Of a DNA stretch of 64,000 nt, positions 51,545 through 64,000 are shown piece after piece. Made by a program: the position numbers and the translations under genes. Location of the stretch: the NCBI GenBank assembly GCA_964016885.1, contig OZ024747.1, positions 38,688,001-38,752,000 on the forward strand, written 5' to 3'. The DNA is from Eledone cirrhosa (Eukaryota). How positions within the stretch are numbered: position 1 is the first letter of the stretch; the number at the start of each line of letters is the position of its first letter. The notes beneath the pieces were generated by a model that ran no database searches, had not been told where the DNA came from, and saw nothing but the letters and a program-made list of their open reading frames with translations.

Positions 51545-51931
51545 TATTGGTCAATTCAAAACCTGTTCCCAAACAGACCTTTTATATTAAATCTTTGTTT
51601 GTTTTTTTCAATAAACAAATTTCATCATTTCCGAAGACAGCATATATATGTGAAGGCATGTACATTTCCTCTGATAGTTTGTTACATAGATCTATATGAT
51701 ATACATACCAACACACATATACATCCTAGAAACGATCGTAAAATTATGAATTTTTTAATATAAGGAACTTGTTCTTTGTTTTTATTTCATTGATTTTATT
51801 AATTTATCTTGACTCTGTTTTTCCTATGATTTTCATCGAAAATTTTTGAATGCATCTTCTCTTTTCATGATATGTGGATTACATTGAGTTCTTCATACGG
51901 ATTGGACACTACCGTATATTTTGGTAGATTT
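51545..51931 (+). mobile_element. Solo 3'-end (pLTR/tail) copy related to the PLE at 55485-63613, containing a degenerate long-stem-II hammerhead (51621-51750)
   Basis: Aligns with 63197-63613 (ttggtcaatt..ctgttcccaaac; gaaacgatcgt; cttcatacggattggacactaccgta..ttggtagattt); followed by (CA)n(TA)n. Confidence 0.85.
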
Positions 51932-51937
51932 CTCTCT

Positions 51938-52367
<430 letters not shown>

Positions 52368-53011
52368 TACACTCTGCTCGAGTATCGAGTGTTCAAATAA
52401 CATTGAGTGCTCAAACGGCCTACCGCATACGGACGCTTTAAGCATCAAAGAAAAGACCACGAGGATATTGCTTTTTACTGAACTCCTTTTGTAGAGTTTT
52501 CTTTCGGAATGTTTTTGACTGTTGTTTCATGTGAACAAACATTTGTCTCATTCTGCCGTCACCAGCGTTGTTTTCCACATGTGCGTTTATTTTAATAACC
52601 ACGCATGATGTTAAACTAGCCTGCTTCTAAATTCCCTTTTTGGCATATTACCAGTGAGTGAGACCTTGGTTACCATGTTGAGCTCTGCTGATGAACGGAA
52701 TCCACCCTTGACCATCCCCACTGAAAGTCTTCGTGAAATAGTCTTTTCAAGACTATACAAAGCATTTGAAGTTGTCCCAAATTGAAGGTTGAGTACTTTA
52801 GCCTTGTTTTATCATGAGTTAAGGCTCTATTGATTTTTCCCTGGATTGCTCTAAATTCTGTTGGATAAATCTATATCCTGATGCCTTTTGAATTGAGTCT
52901 GAATTATTTTTCCCATATCTTATGTTAACTATTTTCCCATTTTGACGCTATAGTCACATATATGTTATGGAATACTGTTAGCTTCTCGCTACAACAATGT
53001 CTATACTTTTC

Positions 53012-53134
<123 letters not shown>

Positions 53135-53140
53135 CATATA

Positions 53141-53305
53141 TAGGATGATGTTCAACCGCGAGGGCAGAGCTCAGGCTGTTTCGATGTCCAGAAATAGCCG
53201 TCGAAACGGCTTGAATTCTGCAGTCCGGGTTAAACATCTTCCTACTAAGTATGAGTCATCTAGTGTGTGATGGTCCACCTGGTTCCTTACCACACTCCCA
53301 TCGTT
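53141..53305. repeat. Short dispersed element between (TA)n tracts with a 104-nt hairpin; related copy at 4172-4291
   Basis: Hairpin 53141-53244. Both copies share tggtccacctggttccttaccaca and (inverted) tcaagccgtttcgacggcta.ttctggac. Confidence 0.75.
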
Positions 53306-53320
53306 ATATATATATATATA

Positions 53321-53445
53321 AGCGGAAAAAATGAAACGAACTTTTATTTCTCACTCTTAGTACGGCTGTTACTTAAATATAAGTATGTATACGTACACAC
53401 ATATATGTATACATACGTACAGTAGTATGTATATATATATACATG

Positions 53446-53512
<67 letters not shown>

Positions 53513-53689
53513 GTATGTATTCACCGAACATTTATTATAATGCTCGGTGTGTTTGTAAACAAACATCCCGAATTAAGTCGTACAGTGTCTAGCAACCATC
53601 GTTGCTCATTTGTTCAACACTGACAAAGGAACGCTGTACTAGTTTCAAGCTAGACACTGCTAGACACTGTACGGCTTAATTCGGGATGT
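53321..53689 (-). mobile_element. Truncated copy of the 423-bp HHR repeat with a short inverted segment
   Basis: Aligns with 30791-31077 and breaks inside HHR stem II; 53659-53689 is the reverse complement of 53563-53593. Confidence 0.82.
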
Positions 53690-53892
53690 ATTATTTTTTC
53701 AAAAAACAACATTGTTCTGTGAAACACAACTACTGCTATCTTCTCTTACCACAAAATTTTGAGCAAGAAGAATGGAAGAAAATTTACTCCAAACATTTCA
53801 TTTTAATTTTAAATCCTTTGTTTTTAACTCCTATTAATTGTTTTTAATTTTTATTTCAATACTCAAAATTTGATAAGAGGAATTTTAATAAT

Positions 53893-54078
53893 CGTTTCTA
53901 CTTTAGGCACAAGGCCAGCAATTACGCAGTGCATTACTGGTACTTTATTTTATCGACCCCGTAAGGATGAAAGGCAAAGTCAACCTCGGCGGGATTTGAA
54001 CTCAGATCGTAAAGGGACGTAACTATGCTGGAAAGCATGGCGTCCGACCCTCCACTGATACTGCCAATTCACCGCCCT
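53893..54078 (-). mobile_element. tRNA-SINE full copy
   Basis: Very similar to 20541-20725; flanked by taataat on both sides. Confidence 0.92.
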
Positions 54079-54554
54079 TAGAGTAATAATAATGAGTTGT
54101 AAACTAGGAGAAACAGAAATAGAAGTAAAGTCACCAGGGATTAATGCAGTAGAAAATATAAAGAGAGAAAACGGATACAGTTTGATAATAGCTTAATGAC
54201 TGATAGATTTTAAGGTTTCCTAGCTAAAGTCTTTTATAAACATCGACCTTTCCTTGATATGAAATAAGACATTTTGCGCCTGGTATAGTTGCCGAGATGG
54301 CATACACTTGCAGCGTAGTAGAGTATGAGCTATTAATACCCATAAACAATCACGTGGAACATAAGAATGTAGTGGCAGAGGTAAGTTAGATAAAATTCAG
54401 GTCGGGTTAATACTAGGTAGTAGTACTACTGATGTTTTATTTCTTGTGAGACAACTTCAGAAGTACTTAGCTAAGTGTAGGCCAGTGTACCTAGCTTTCG
54501 CCGTTCTGGAGTAGGTTTTTGGGAGAGTAATACGAATTTATACATGTATATAAT

Positions 54555-54732
54555 TGTTTCTACTTTTTGGAACCAGGCCAGCAATTACCCAGTGCATTAC
54601 TGGTATTTTATTTTATCGATCCTATAAGGATGAAAGGCAAAGTTAATCTCGGCGGGATTTGAATTCAGAATGGCAAGGGCCGTAACTCTATGCGTCAAAG
54701 CATGGCGTCCGACCCTCTACCGATACTGTCAA
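54555..54732 (-). mobile_element. tRNA-SINE copy
   Basis: Same body and tail; 3' end abuts taat. Confidence 0.88.
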
Positions 54733-55027
54733 ATAATGATGGTTTTCATAGCAAAAATATGTTTTTTTCATAGCAAGAAATTGTTCTTCTCGCTTCATAT
54801 AATGAGATAATTCTCCTCGGATATTTTACGTCCATCGCCAGAGAATATCTTGACGAACCAACGTTATGTCTTCTTGTTTTCATTTTGCTGTAATGTTTTT
54901 TGAAACTATTTACTTCTCCGTCTACAGATTGGTTTTTCTCAGTTTCAGAAGATCCCGTAATAAGGGTGAAAGCAGAAATTCTTTGCTTAAAGTTTCATCT
55001 GTACTAATAATAAATATTTGCTCTACG

Positions 55028-55073
<46 letters not shown>

Positions 55074-55112
55074 TTTTAATATGGATGAGATTCTACCCGG
55101 AATAACTTACCT

Positions 55113-55202
<90 letters not shown>

Positions 55203-55329
55203 CACAAAACGCCAGCATCAACAGTTTTCCAAGAGATGTCAACATGAATGGACCTCTTATTTTTATTTAAAGACATTTTTTCCAATTCCAGCCCGCCCAT
55301 CCCTTCAATCTAACTTATTTCCCATTTTT

Positions 55330-55449
55330 TCTTCTGACAAAGGACCAACGTCCGAAACATTAAGACCCTCTTCTTGCCATTTCAAGCGTTAACCTAATAT
55401 ATTCCTTCCATATACTGTACCGATTGCGTTGTTATTTCTGTTTACCTTT

Positions 55450-55452
<3 letters not shown>
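55330..55452 (+). mobile_element. Small repeat carrying a decayed minimal hammerhead; inverted relative at 63883-64000
   Basis: tctt CTGACAA a ggac-caac-gtcc GAAA cat t aaga (55330-55364). 55362-55452 matches the reverse complement of 63883-63972 with several mismatches. Confidence 0.6.
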
Positions 55453-55493
<41 letters not shown>

Positions 55494-55547
55494 TAAAAAA
55501 ATAATGAATAAAACAATGAAACAGTTCCATATATTAAACAAAAAAAG

Positions 55548-55702
55548 TTCATTATTTAACGATCGTTTCTAGGATATATATGTGTTAGAATTGGCATGCA
55601 TATTCAACAGATCTATGTACAAAATTATACAAAATTATACAAACTATCAAAATTAAATATACATACCAAACACATATATATGCCGTCTTCAGAAATAATG
55701 AA
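55548..55702 (-). ncRNA. Type I hammerhead with about 116-nt stem II (left arm)
   Basis: Reverse complement of 63268-63422. Confidence 0.78.
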
Positions 55703-56735
55703 ATATATTTATTGATAATAACAACAATTCAAAATTTCAGGTCCGTTTGGGAACAGAGTTCAAATTGACCAATGAAAATACAAAAAATGTTATGCAGTTA
55801 GGTGTGTGTATATACATATAATTAACTTCGTACACATATTTACATAAAGATATATGTTCACATGCATACGCATGCCAAAAAGATGTATGTAAATACAAAA
55901 ATTCAAGGCTAATGTCTCTGTAAGTTTATAATCCACAGATAAAATGCGTATAGACACATAAATATGAAATAAATGTATACACACATTCATATACTCACAC
56001 ATATTCGTACACTTACCGTCACACGCGCGTATATGCATAAACATACACATAACTACGAACATACATACACACACACACCCCCACACACATATATATGTGC
56101 ATATAGTATTATCATAAGCATATGGATATTAATGCACGCACATAAACACTGCCACACATATTTAGATCAGGATACAGAAATTAGGTGGGAGGGGGGGAGA
56201 GGTCAGTATTCAACGGTTTCGGCAGACTGCCTATTTATAGATGTATCTATAAACTTAGAAATAAAAAGAAAAGAAAAAGAAAAAAGAAAGAAGAAATATA
56301 TCAAGAAAATATATATATATATATATATATATACATCCACACATACACACACACACACATATATACATATACATATATATATACACATATATACACACAT
56401 ACATATACATATACACATATATATACACATATATACACACACATATATACACACACATATATATATACACATATACATACACACACATATATATATACAC
56501 AAACAAGTAAAATATAAAGTATACATCGATATACATACATATAGACATATAAATAAATACACACGCATACACACACATACATATACATACATATACATAC
56601 ACATATATATAAACACATACATACACATACATATACATACACATACCATATAAATACACATACACATACACACACGCATACATATAGAGACACATACATA
56701 TACACATATAAATACATAGACACATACACACATAA

Positions 56736-56781
<46 letters not shown>

Positions 56782-56844
56782 TCACAACACTCGTATATAT
56801 ATACACACTCATACATATACACACACATACATATATATACACAC

Positions 56845-56938
<94 letters not shown>

Positions 56939-57084
56939 ATATATATATATAGTCACATCTACATACATATATATATATATAAAAATACACTCATATATAT
57001 ACACACATACACATACATACCCACATATAAATATATATATATACATAAATATATATATATATACACACATACACACGTACACAT

Positions 57085-57183
<99 letters not shown>

Positions 57184-57266
57184 CCTACGCATACATACAC
57201 ATATACACACGTACATATATACTCACACACAGACACCTACACATACATACACATACACATATATAA

Positions 57267-57299
<33 letters not shown>

Positions 57300-57308
57300 T
57301 ATAATAAA

Positions 57309-57342
<34 letters not shown>

Positions 57343-57647
57343 CATACATATATACATACATATATACATATACATACATATATATATACACATATACATA
57401 CACACATACACACATACATACATACACACACACATACATACACACACATACCTACTCATACATAGACATAGATATATACTCACACACACATACGCACTTA
57501 CATATACGCATATATACAAATACATAGACATCCATATATGCGTATATACATACAAACACCACTACACGCACACACAACTCAGACATACAAAGAAAAAGGT
57601 ATATACATACACATATATACACATATAAATAGAGATACATATACACA

Positions 57648-57679
<32 letters not shown>

Positions 57680-57760
57680 CACACACACACGTACACACAT
57701 AAACACACGTACAAACACATACATACACCCATACATACATATATATACACACGCACAAAG

Positions 57761-57811
<51 letters not shown>

Positions 57812-58106
57812 TATACATACATACATATACACACACACATATATACACATGCACACACATACATACATACATACATACATACACATACACATACATATAT
57901 ATAAAAAAATAAATAAATAAGATAAATAAAAAATAAATAAATTAATACACACAGTCAGACAAATATGCACTCACATACATATACATATATGTATATATAT
58001 ATATACACACACACACATACACACACACACATACAGATATATACACACATACATACACACACACATATATATACATACATATACACACATCAACTACAAA
58101 TATACA

Positions 58107-58139
<33 letters not shown>

Positions 58140-58193
58140 TATACATATTTTCACATATATATATATATATACATACATTATATTATAATAATA

Positions 58194-58234
<41 letters not shown>

Positions 58235-58449
58235 TACATATATATACACACACACTCACATATATATGCGCACATACGTACACATATACACATACACACA
58301 TATACACATAGACATATACATGTGCATACATGTACATACACACATATACCCACATAGATACAAAGATACACATATATATAGAGAGACATACATATACACA
58401 CACATACATACACACACATACATACACACTTATATATAAATACATACAC

Positions 58450-58516
<67 letters not shown>

Positions 58517-59717
58517 ATCATACACCCTTATTTGCATGCGCATATATGTATTTTATACTTACATATAAACACCCAAACATATATACACCTACCTACATAT
58601 ATATACATACATACACGCTTACAAATACAAATAATAATAGTAGGGGGGGAGGGGGGGGAAGGGGGGAGGGGGCTTATAGTAAATATATGTTTCAAGAAAC
58701 ATAGAATATTAATCTGTATTTGGATCACAATATGTGTTTACATAGTTTCAGTATTAGAAAATGCAAGAAAGAAGGCAAAATTATGCATTTCAATATAAGT
58801 ATACTATTAATTATAGGTTAACTAAACTAAAGATAGTTAATATATTGATTTCTAAGGTGTAAATTACTTAGGTTTATAATATTTGAAGCAGAATTTTGAA
58901 GTTAAATAGTAGTAGAGTATTAATTATAGTATAACTAAATTAAAATTATTAACGTTATGGTATCAATATTAGGAAATGAATTTAGTAATAGGGAAAAAAC
59001 AAATAAAGTATTACATCGGTAGTAGAATATAAATTATAGGTTAACTAAATTAAAAATTATATATTAATTTCTATAGTATATGTTAATTAGGTATATAATA
59101 AATAAAACAGATATTGTATTTTATCAATAGTAGAATATAATTATATGTAAACAGAAATTAAAATTAATACATACACATATACATACACATACATATATAT
59201 ATACACATATATATACATACATACACATACATATATATATACATACATATACATATTTTTTCAAAAATTGCAAAGAATATATTAACTAGGTATATATCCA
59301 AAACCCATCCCATTCTATGATTACATGACACTCTGCAATCCGTCTGTATTAGGATACTAATTTTAAGCCAATTAAATTAAATTTTTAGGTTGTCCAAATT
59401 TAAAACCAAATTATAAATATATTTCTAAAATGTATATTAATTAGGTCTATAATACTAAAAATTATTTCTCTGTCATTGAATACACGATATTTTGTTATAT
59501 TTTATCTGTAAAGGAATTTTAATAAAGGGTAAAATAAATTAAAATTAATCTATAAATTAAATTACTAAGTATATATTAGTAATATTTAAAGGTTTTTCAC
59601 AATTTATGATTACACAATATTTTATATTCTCATCTGTAGTAGAATTTTAATTAAATTAAATTTATAGGTTAACTAACATTTAAATTAAATTATATATTAA
59701 TTTCTAAAATAATGTTA

Positions 59718-59966
59718 TTAATTAGGTTTATAATATTTAAATGTTTTTTTTAGTTTATGATTACACGATATAATTAATTCCTGTCGTTTATTTAATAGGA
59801 TATCCTTAGATTTCATTATTTCAAATAGTTCTTGGGAACATAATCTACATTCATTTCTATTATTTTGATAAGGGGTGGCTCTTTTGAGCACACTCCAGGT
59901 CAAATCATATTCTATATTCTTATTTTTATAACTATTGATTTTTTCTGCAAGAGATGTTCTATTAGC
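59718..59966 (-). pseudogene. C-terminal fragment of a Naiad-like PLE GIY-YIG endonuclease
   Basis: RTSLAEK/INSYKNKNIEYDLTWSVLKRATPYQNNRNECRLCSQELFEI..LLNKRQELIISCNH aligns with RTSTALVSKVWDLKDSNIPYSIDWSILDHSREYQRGTKNCSLCTTEKYRI..LNSKTEIFRCCPH of ORF 1791-2309. Confidence 0.88.
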
Positions 59967-61268
59967 CAGTGCGGATATCTAAGGATATCCTATTAAATAA
60001 ACGACAGGAATTAATTATATCGTGTAATCATAAACTAAAAAAAACATTTAAATATTATAAACCTAATTAATAACATTATTTTAGAAATTAATATATAATT
60101 TAATTTAAATGTTAGTTAACCTATAAATTTAATTTAATTAAAATTCTACTACAGATGAGAATATAAAATATTGTGTAATCATAAATTGTGAAAAACCTTT
60201 AAATATTACTAATATATACTTAGTAATTTAATTTATAGATTAATTTTAATTTATTTTACCCTTTATTAAAATTCCTTTACAGATAAAATATAACAAAATA
60301 TCGTGTATTCAATGACAGAGAAATAATTTTTAGTATTATAGACCTAATTAATATACATTTTAGAAATATATTTATAATTTGGTTTTAAATTTGGACAACC
60401 TAAAAATTTAATTTAATTGGCTTAAAATTAGTATCCTAATACAGACGGATTGCAGAGTGTCATGTAATCATAGAATGGGATGGGTTTTGGATATATACCT
60501 AGTTAATATATTCTTTGCAATTTTTGAAAAAATATGTATATGTATGTATATATATGTATGTGTATGTATGTATATATATGTGTATATATATATGTATGTG
60601 TATGTATATGTGTATGTATTAATTTTAATTTCTGTTTACATATAATTATATTCTACTATTGATAAAATACAATATCTGTTTTATTTATTATATACCTAAT
60701 TAACATATACTATAGAAATTAATATATAATTTTTAATTTAGTTAACCTATAATTTATATTCTACTACCGATGTAATACTTTATTTGTTTTTTCCCTATTA
60801 CTAAATTCATTTCCTAATATTGATACCATAACGTTAATAATTTTAATTTAGTTATACTATAATTAATACTCTACTACTATTTAACTTCAAAATTCTGCTT
60901 CAAATATTATAAACCTAAGTAATTTACACCTTAGAAATCAATATATTAACTATCTTTAGTTTAGTTAACCTATAATTAATAGTATACTTATATTGAAATG
61001 CATAATTTTGCCTTCTTTCTTGCATTTCCTAATACTGAAACTATGTAAACACATATTGTGATCCAAATACAGATTAATATTCTATGTTTCTTGAAACATA
61101 TATTTACAATAATCCCCTTCTCCCCCCCCCTTTCCCTCCCCTACTATTATTATTTGTATTTGTAAGCGTGTATGTATGTATATATATGTAGGTAGGTGTA
61201 TATATGTTTGGGTGTTTATATGTAAGTATAAAAATACATATATGCGCATGCAAATAAGGGTGTATGAT

Positions 61269-61307
<39 letters not shown>

Positions 61308-61520
61308 GTGTATGTATATATATATGTGTGTATGTATGTGTGTGTATGTATGTGTGTGTATATGTATGTCTCTCTATATATATGTGTATCTTTGTATCTA
61401 TGTGGGTATATGTGTGTATGTACATGTATGCACATGTATATGACTATGTGTATATGTGTGTATGTGTATATGTGTACGTATTTGCGCATATATATGTGAG
61501 TGTGTGTGTATATATATGTA

Positions 61521-61565
<45 letters not shown>

Positions 61566-61619
61566 TATTATTATAATATAATGTATGTATATATATATAT
61601 ATATATGTGAAAATATGTA

Positions 61620-61652
<33 letters not shown>

Positions 61653-61771
61653 TTATTATATGTGTGTGTGTGTGTGTGTATATATATCTTTATATATGTG
61701 TATGTGTATGTATGTGTAGGTGTCTGTGTGTGAGTATATATGTACGTGTGTATATGTGTATGTATGCGTAG

Positions 61772-61851
<80 letters not shown>

Positions 61852-61979
61852 ATGTGTATGTGTGTATGTGTGTATATATATATATTTATGTATATATATA
61901 TATTTATATGTGGGTATGTATGTGTATGTGTGTATATATATGAGTGTATTTTTATATATATATATATGTATGTAGATGT

Positions 61980-62047
<68 letters not shown>

Positions 62048-62110
62048 GTGTGTATATATATGTATGTGTGTGTATATGTATGAGTGTGTATATATATACG
62101 AGTGTTGTGA

Positions 62111-62163
<53 letters not shown>

Positions 62164-62185
62164 CGTGTATGTGTATATGTGTGTA

Positions 62186-62228
<43 letters not shown>

Positions 62229-62628
62229 TTATGTGTGTATGTGTCTATGTATTTATATGTGTATATGTATGTGTCTCTATATGTATGCGTGTGTGTATGT
62301 GTATGTGTATTTATATGGTATGTGTATGTATATGTATGTGTATGTATGTATTTATATATATGTGTATGTATATGTATGTATATGTATGTGTGTGTATGCG
62401 TGTGTATTTATTTATATGTCTATATGTATGTATATCGATGTATACTTTATATTTTACTTGTTTGTGTATATATATATATGTGTGTGTATGTATATGTGTA
62501 TATATATATATGTGTGTATATATGTGTGTGTATATATGTGTATATATATGTGTATATGTATATGTATGTGTGTATATATGTGTATATATATATGTATATG
62601 TATATATGTGTGTGTGTGTGTATGTGTG

Positions 62629-62664
<36 letters not shown>

Positions 62665-63267
62665 CTTGATATATTTCTTCTTTCTTTTTTCTTTTTCTTT
62701 TCTTTTTATTTCTAAGTTTATAGATACATCTATAAATAGGCAGTCTGCCGAAACCGTTGAATACTGACCTCTCCCCCCCTCCCACCTAATTTCTGTATCC
62801 TGATCTAAATATGTGTGGCAGTGTTTATGTGCGTGCATTAATATCCATATGCTTATGATAATACTATATGCACATATATATGTGTGTGGGGGTGTGTGTG
62901 TGTATGTATGTTCGAAGTTATGTGTATGTTTATGCATATACGCGCGTGTGACGGTAAGTGTACGAATATGTGTGAGTATATGAATGTGTGTATACATTTA
63001 TTTCATATTTATGTGTCTATACGCATTTTATCTGTGGATTATAAACTTACAGAGACATTAGCCTTGAATTTTTGTATTTACATACATCTTTTTGGCATGC
63101 GTATGCATGTGAACATATATCTTTATGTAAATATGTGTACGAAGTTAATTATATGTATATACACACACCTAACTGCATAAATTTTTTTGTATTTTCATTG
63201 GTCAATTTGAACTCTGTTCCCAAACGGACCTGAAATTTTGAATTGTTGTTATTATCAATAAATATAT

Positions 63268-63422
63268 TTCATTATTTCTGAAGACGGCATATATATGTGT
63301 TTGGTATGTATATTTAATTTTGATAGTTTGTATAATTTTGTATAATTTTGTACATAGATCTGTTGAATATGCATGCCAATTCTAACACATATATATCCTA
63401 GAAACGATCGTTAAATAATGAA
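63268..63422 (+). ncRNA. Type I hammerhead with about 116-nt stem II (right arm)
   Basis: Perfect 10-bp stem I ttcattattt/aaataatgaa; CTGAAGA (63278-63284); stem II atatatatgtgtt/aacacatatatat plus tggtatgtatatttaa/ttgaatatgcatgcca; GAAA (63401-63404); palindromic stem III acgatcgt; triplet GUU. Confidence 0.8.
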
Positions 63423-63616
63423 CTTTTTTTGTTTAATATAAGGAACTGTTTCATTGTTTTATTCATTATTTTTTTAATATTTTATCTTGACTCTGTATTC
63501 CGTTTATCTTTCACCGAAAGTGATTTTTCATTGCATCTCTTCTTTCCATGATATCCGGATTACATTGAATTCTTCATACGGATTGGACACTACCGTAAAC
63601 TCTTGGTAGATTTATT

Positions 63617-63732
<116 letters not shown>

Positions 63733-63738
63733 TATATC

Positions 63739-63784
63739 AATTACGATAATCAAAATCCGAAGAACGCTCGAGAAGGATTGTGTA

Positions 63785-63822
<38 letters not shown>

Positions 63823-63868
63823 TACACAATCCTTCTCGAGCGCTCTTCGAATTTTGATTATCGTAATT
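63739..63868. repeat. 130-bp near-perfect palindrome with central (TA)n (MITE-like or foldback)
   Basis: aattacgataatcaaaatccgaagaacgctcgagaaggattgtgtatgca / tgcatacacaatccttctcgagcgctcttcgaattttgattatcgtaatt; two mismatches. Confidence 0.92.
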
Positions 63869-64000
63869 AATATATATATATATGTAAAAGATAAACAGAA
63901 ATAACAACGCAATCGGTACAGAATATGGAAGGTATATATTAGGTTAACGCTTGAAATTGCAGGAAGAGGGTCATAAATTTTCGGTCGTAGAAGAAGAAAG

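Larger units (their letters stand above)
55485..63485. repeat. 8-kb inverted repeat: left arm 55485-59811, 165-bp spacer 59812-59976, right arm 59977-63485
   Basis: Unique anchors match in reverse complement throughout (for example 56161-56250 vs 62721-62810, and 59300-59360 vs 60430-60490). Mirrored ORFs appear in the track (55790-56086 minus = 62884-63180 plus). The right arm lacks about 800 bp equivalent to about 57320-58125. Confidence 0.97.
55485..63613. mobile_element. 5'-truncated Penelope-like element in head-to-head (inverted pLTR) arrangement, inserted in (TA)n
   Basis: GIY-YIG C-terminus at the centre, an HHR near each outer end, an extra tail of about 130 bp on the right only (63486-63613), and (TA)n flanks. 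Confidence 0.82.

Noticed and set aside
52440-52960. Very old minus-strand PLE RT remnant (KTISRRLS resembles PNISRRIS)
   Set aside because: Only one short motif is convincing by eye; a translated HMM search would be decisive.
63540-63595. SECIS element in the PLE tail (ATGA...GA)
   Set aside because: The helix II register and apical AA do not fit in this copy or in the copy at about 51865.

Overview
Eukaryotic, AT-rich, microsatellite-dense DNA. The SINE and simple-repeat style suggests an octopod cephalopod (inference only). I found no host protein-coding gene I can support; the window is almost entirely retroelement-derived. (1) 171-3820: a disrupted Penelope-like element (PLE; RT plus C-terminal GIY-YIG, Naiad-like) with a microsatellite-filled 3' region ending in a hammerhead ribozyme (HHR). 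(2) 5965-30366: a 24-kb pile-up inside what appears to be one (AAT)n tract. It holds two R4/Dong-type RLE LINEs (+), four L1/Tx1-clade LINEs (-; two internally deleted) and one tRNA-SINE (-), each separated by (AAT)n. The SINE 3' tail resembles the Tx1 3' tail. (3) 30.4-55 kb: intergenic or intronic DNA with eight more copies of the SINE, two decayed LINEs, several small HHR-bearing repeats and foldback hairpins beside (TA)n. (4) 55485-63485: an 8-kb inverted repeat centred on the GIY-YIG C-terminus of a second PLE. Each arm is a 3.5-4.3 kb microsatellite mosaic ending in an HHR with an unusually long (about 116 nt) stem II. At least five distinct type I HHR families are visible by eye. All folds were done by manual base-pairing and none is tested.
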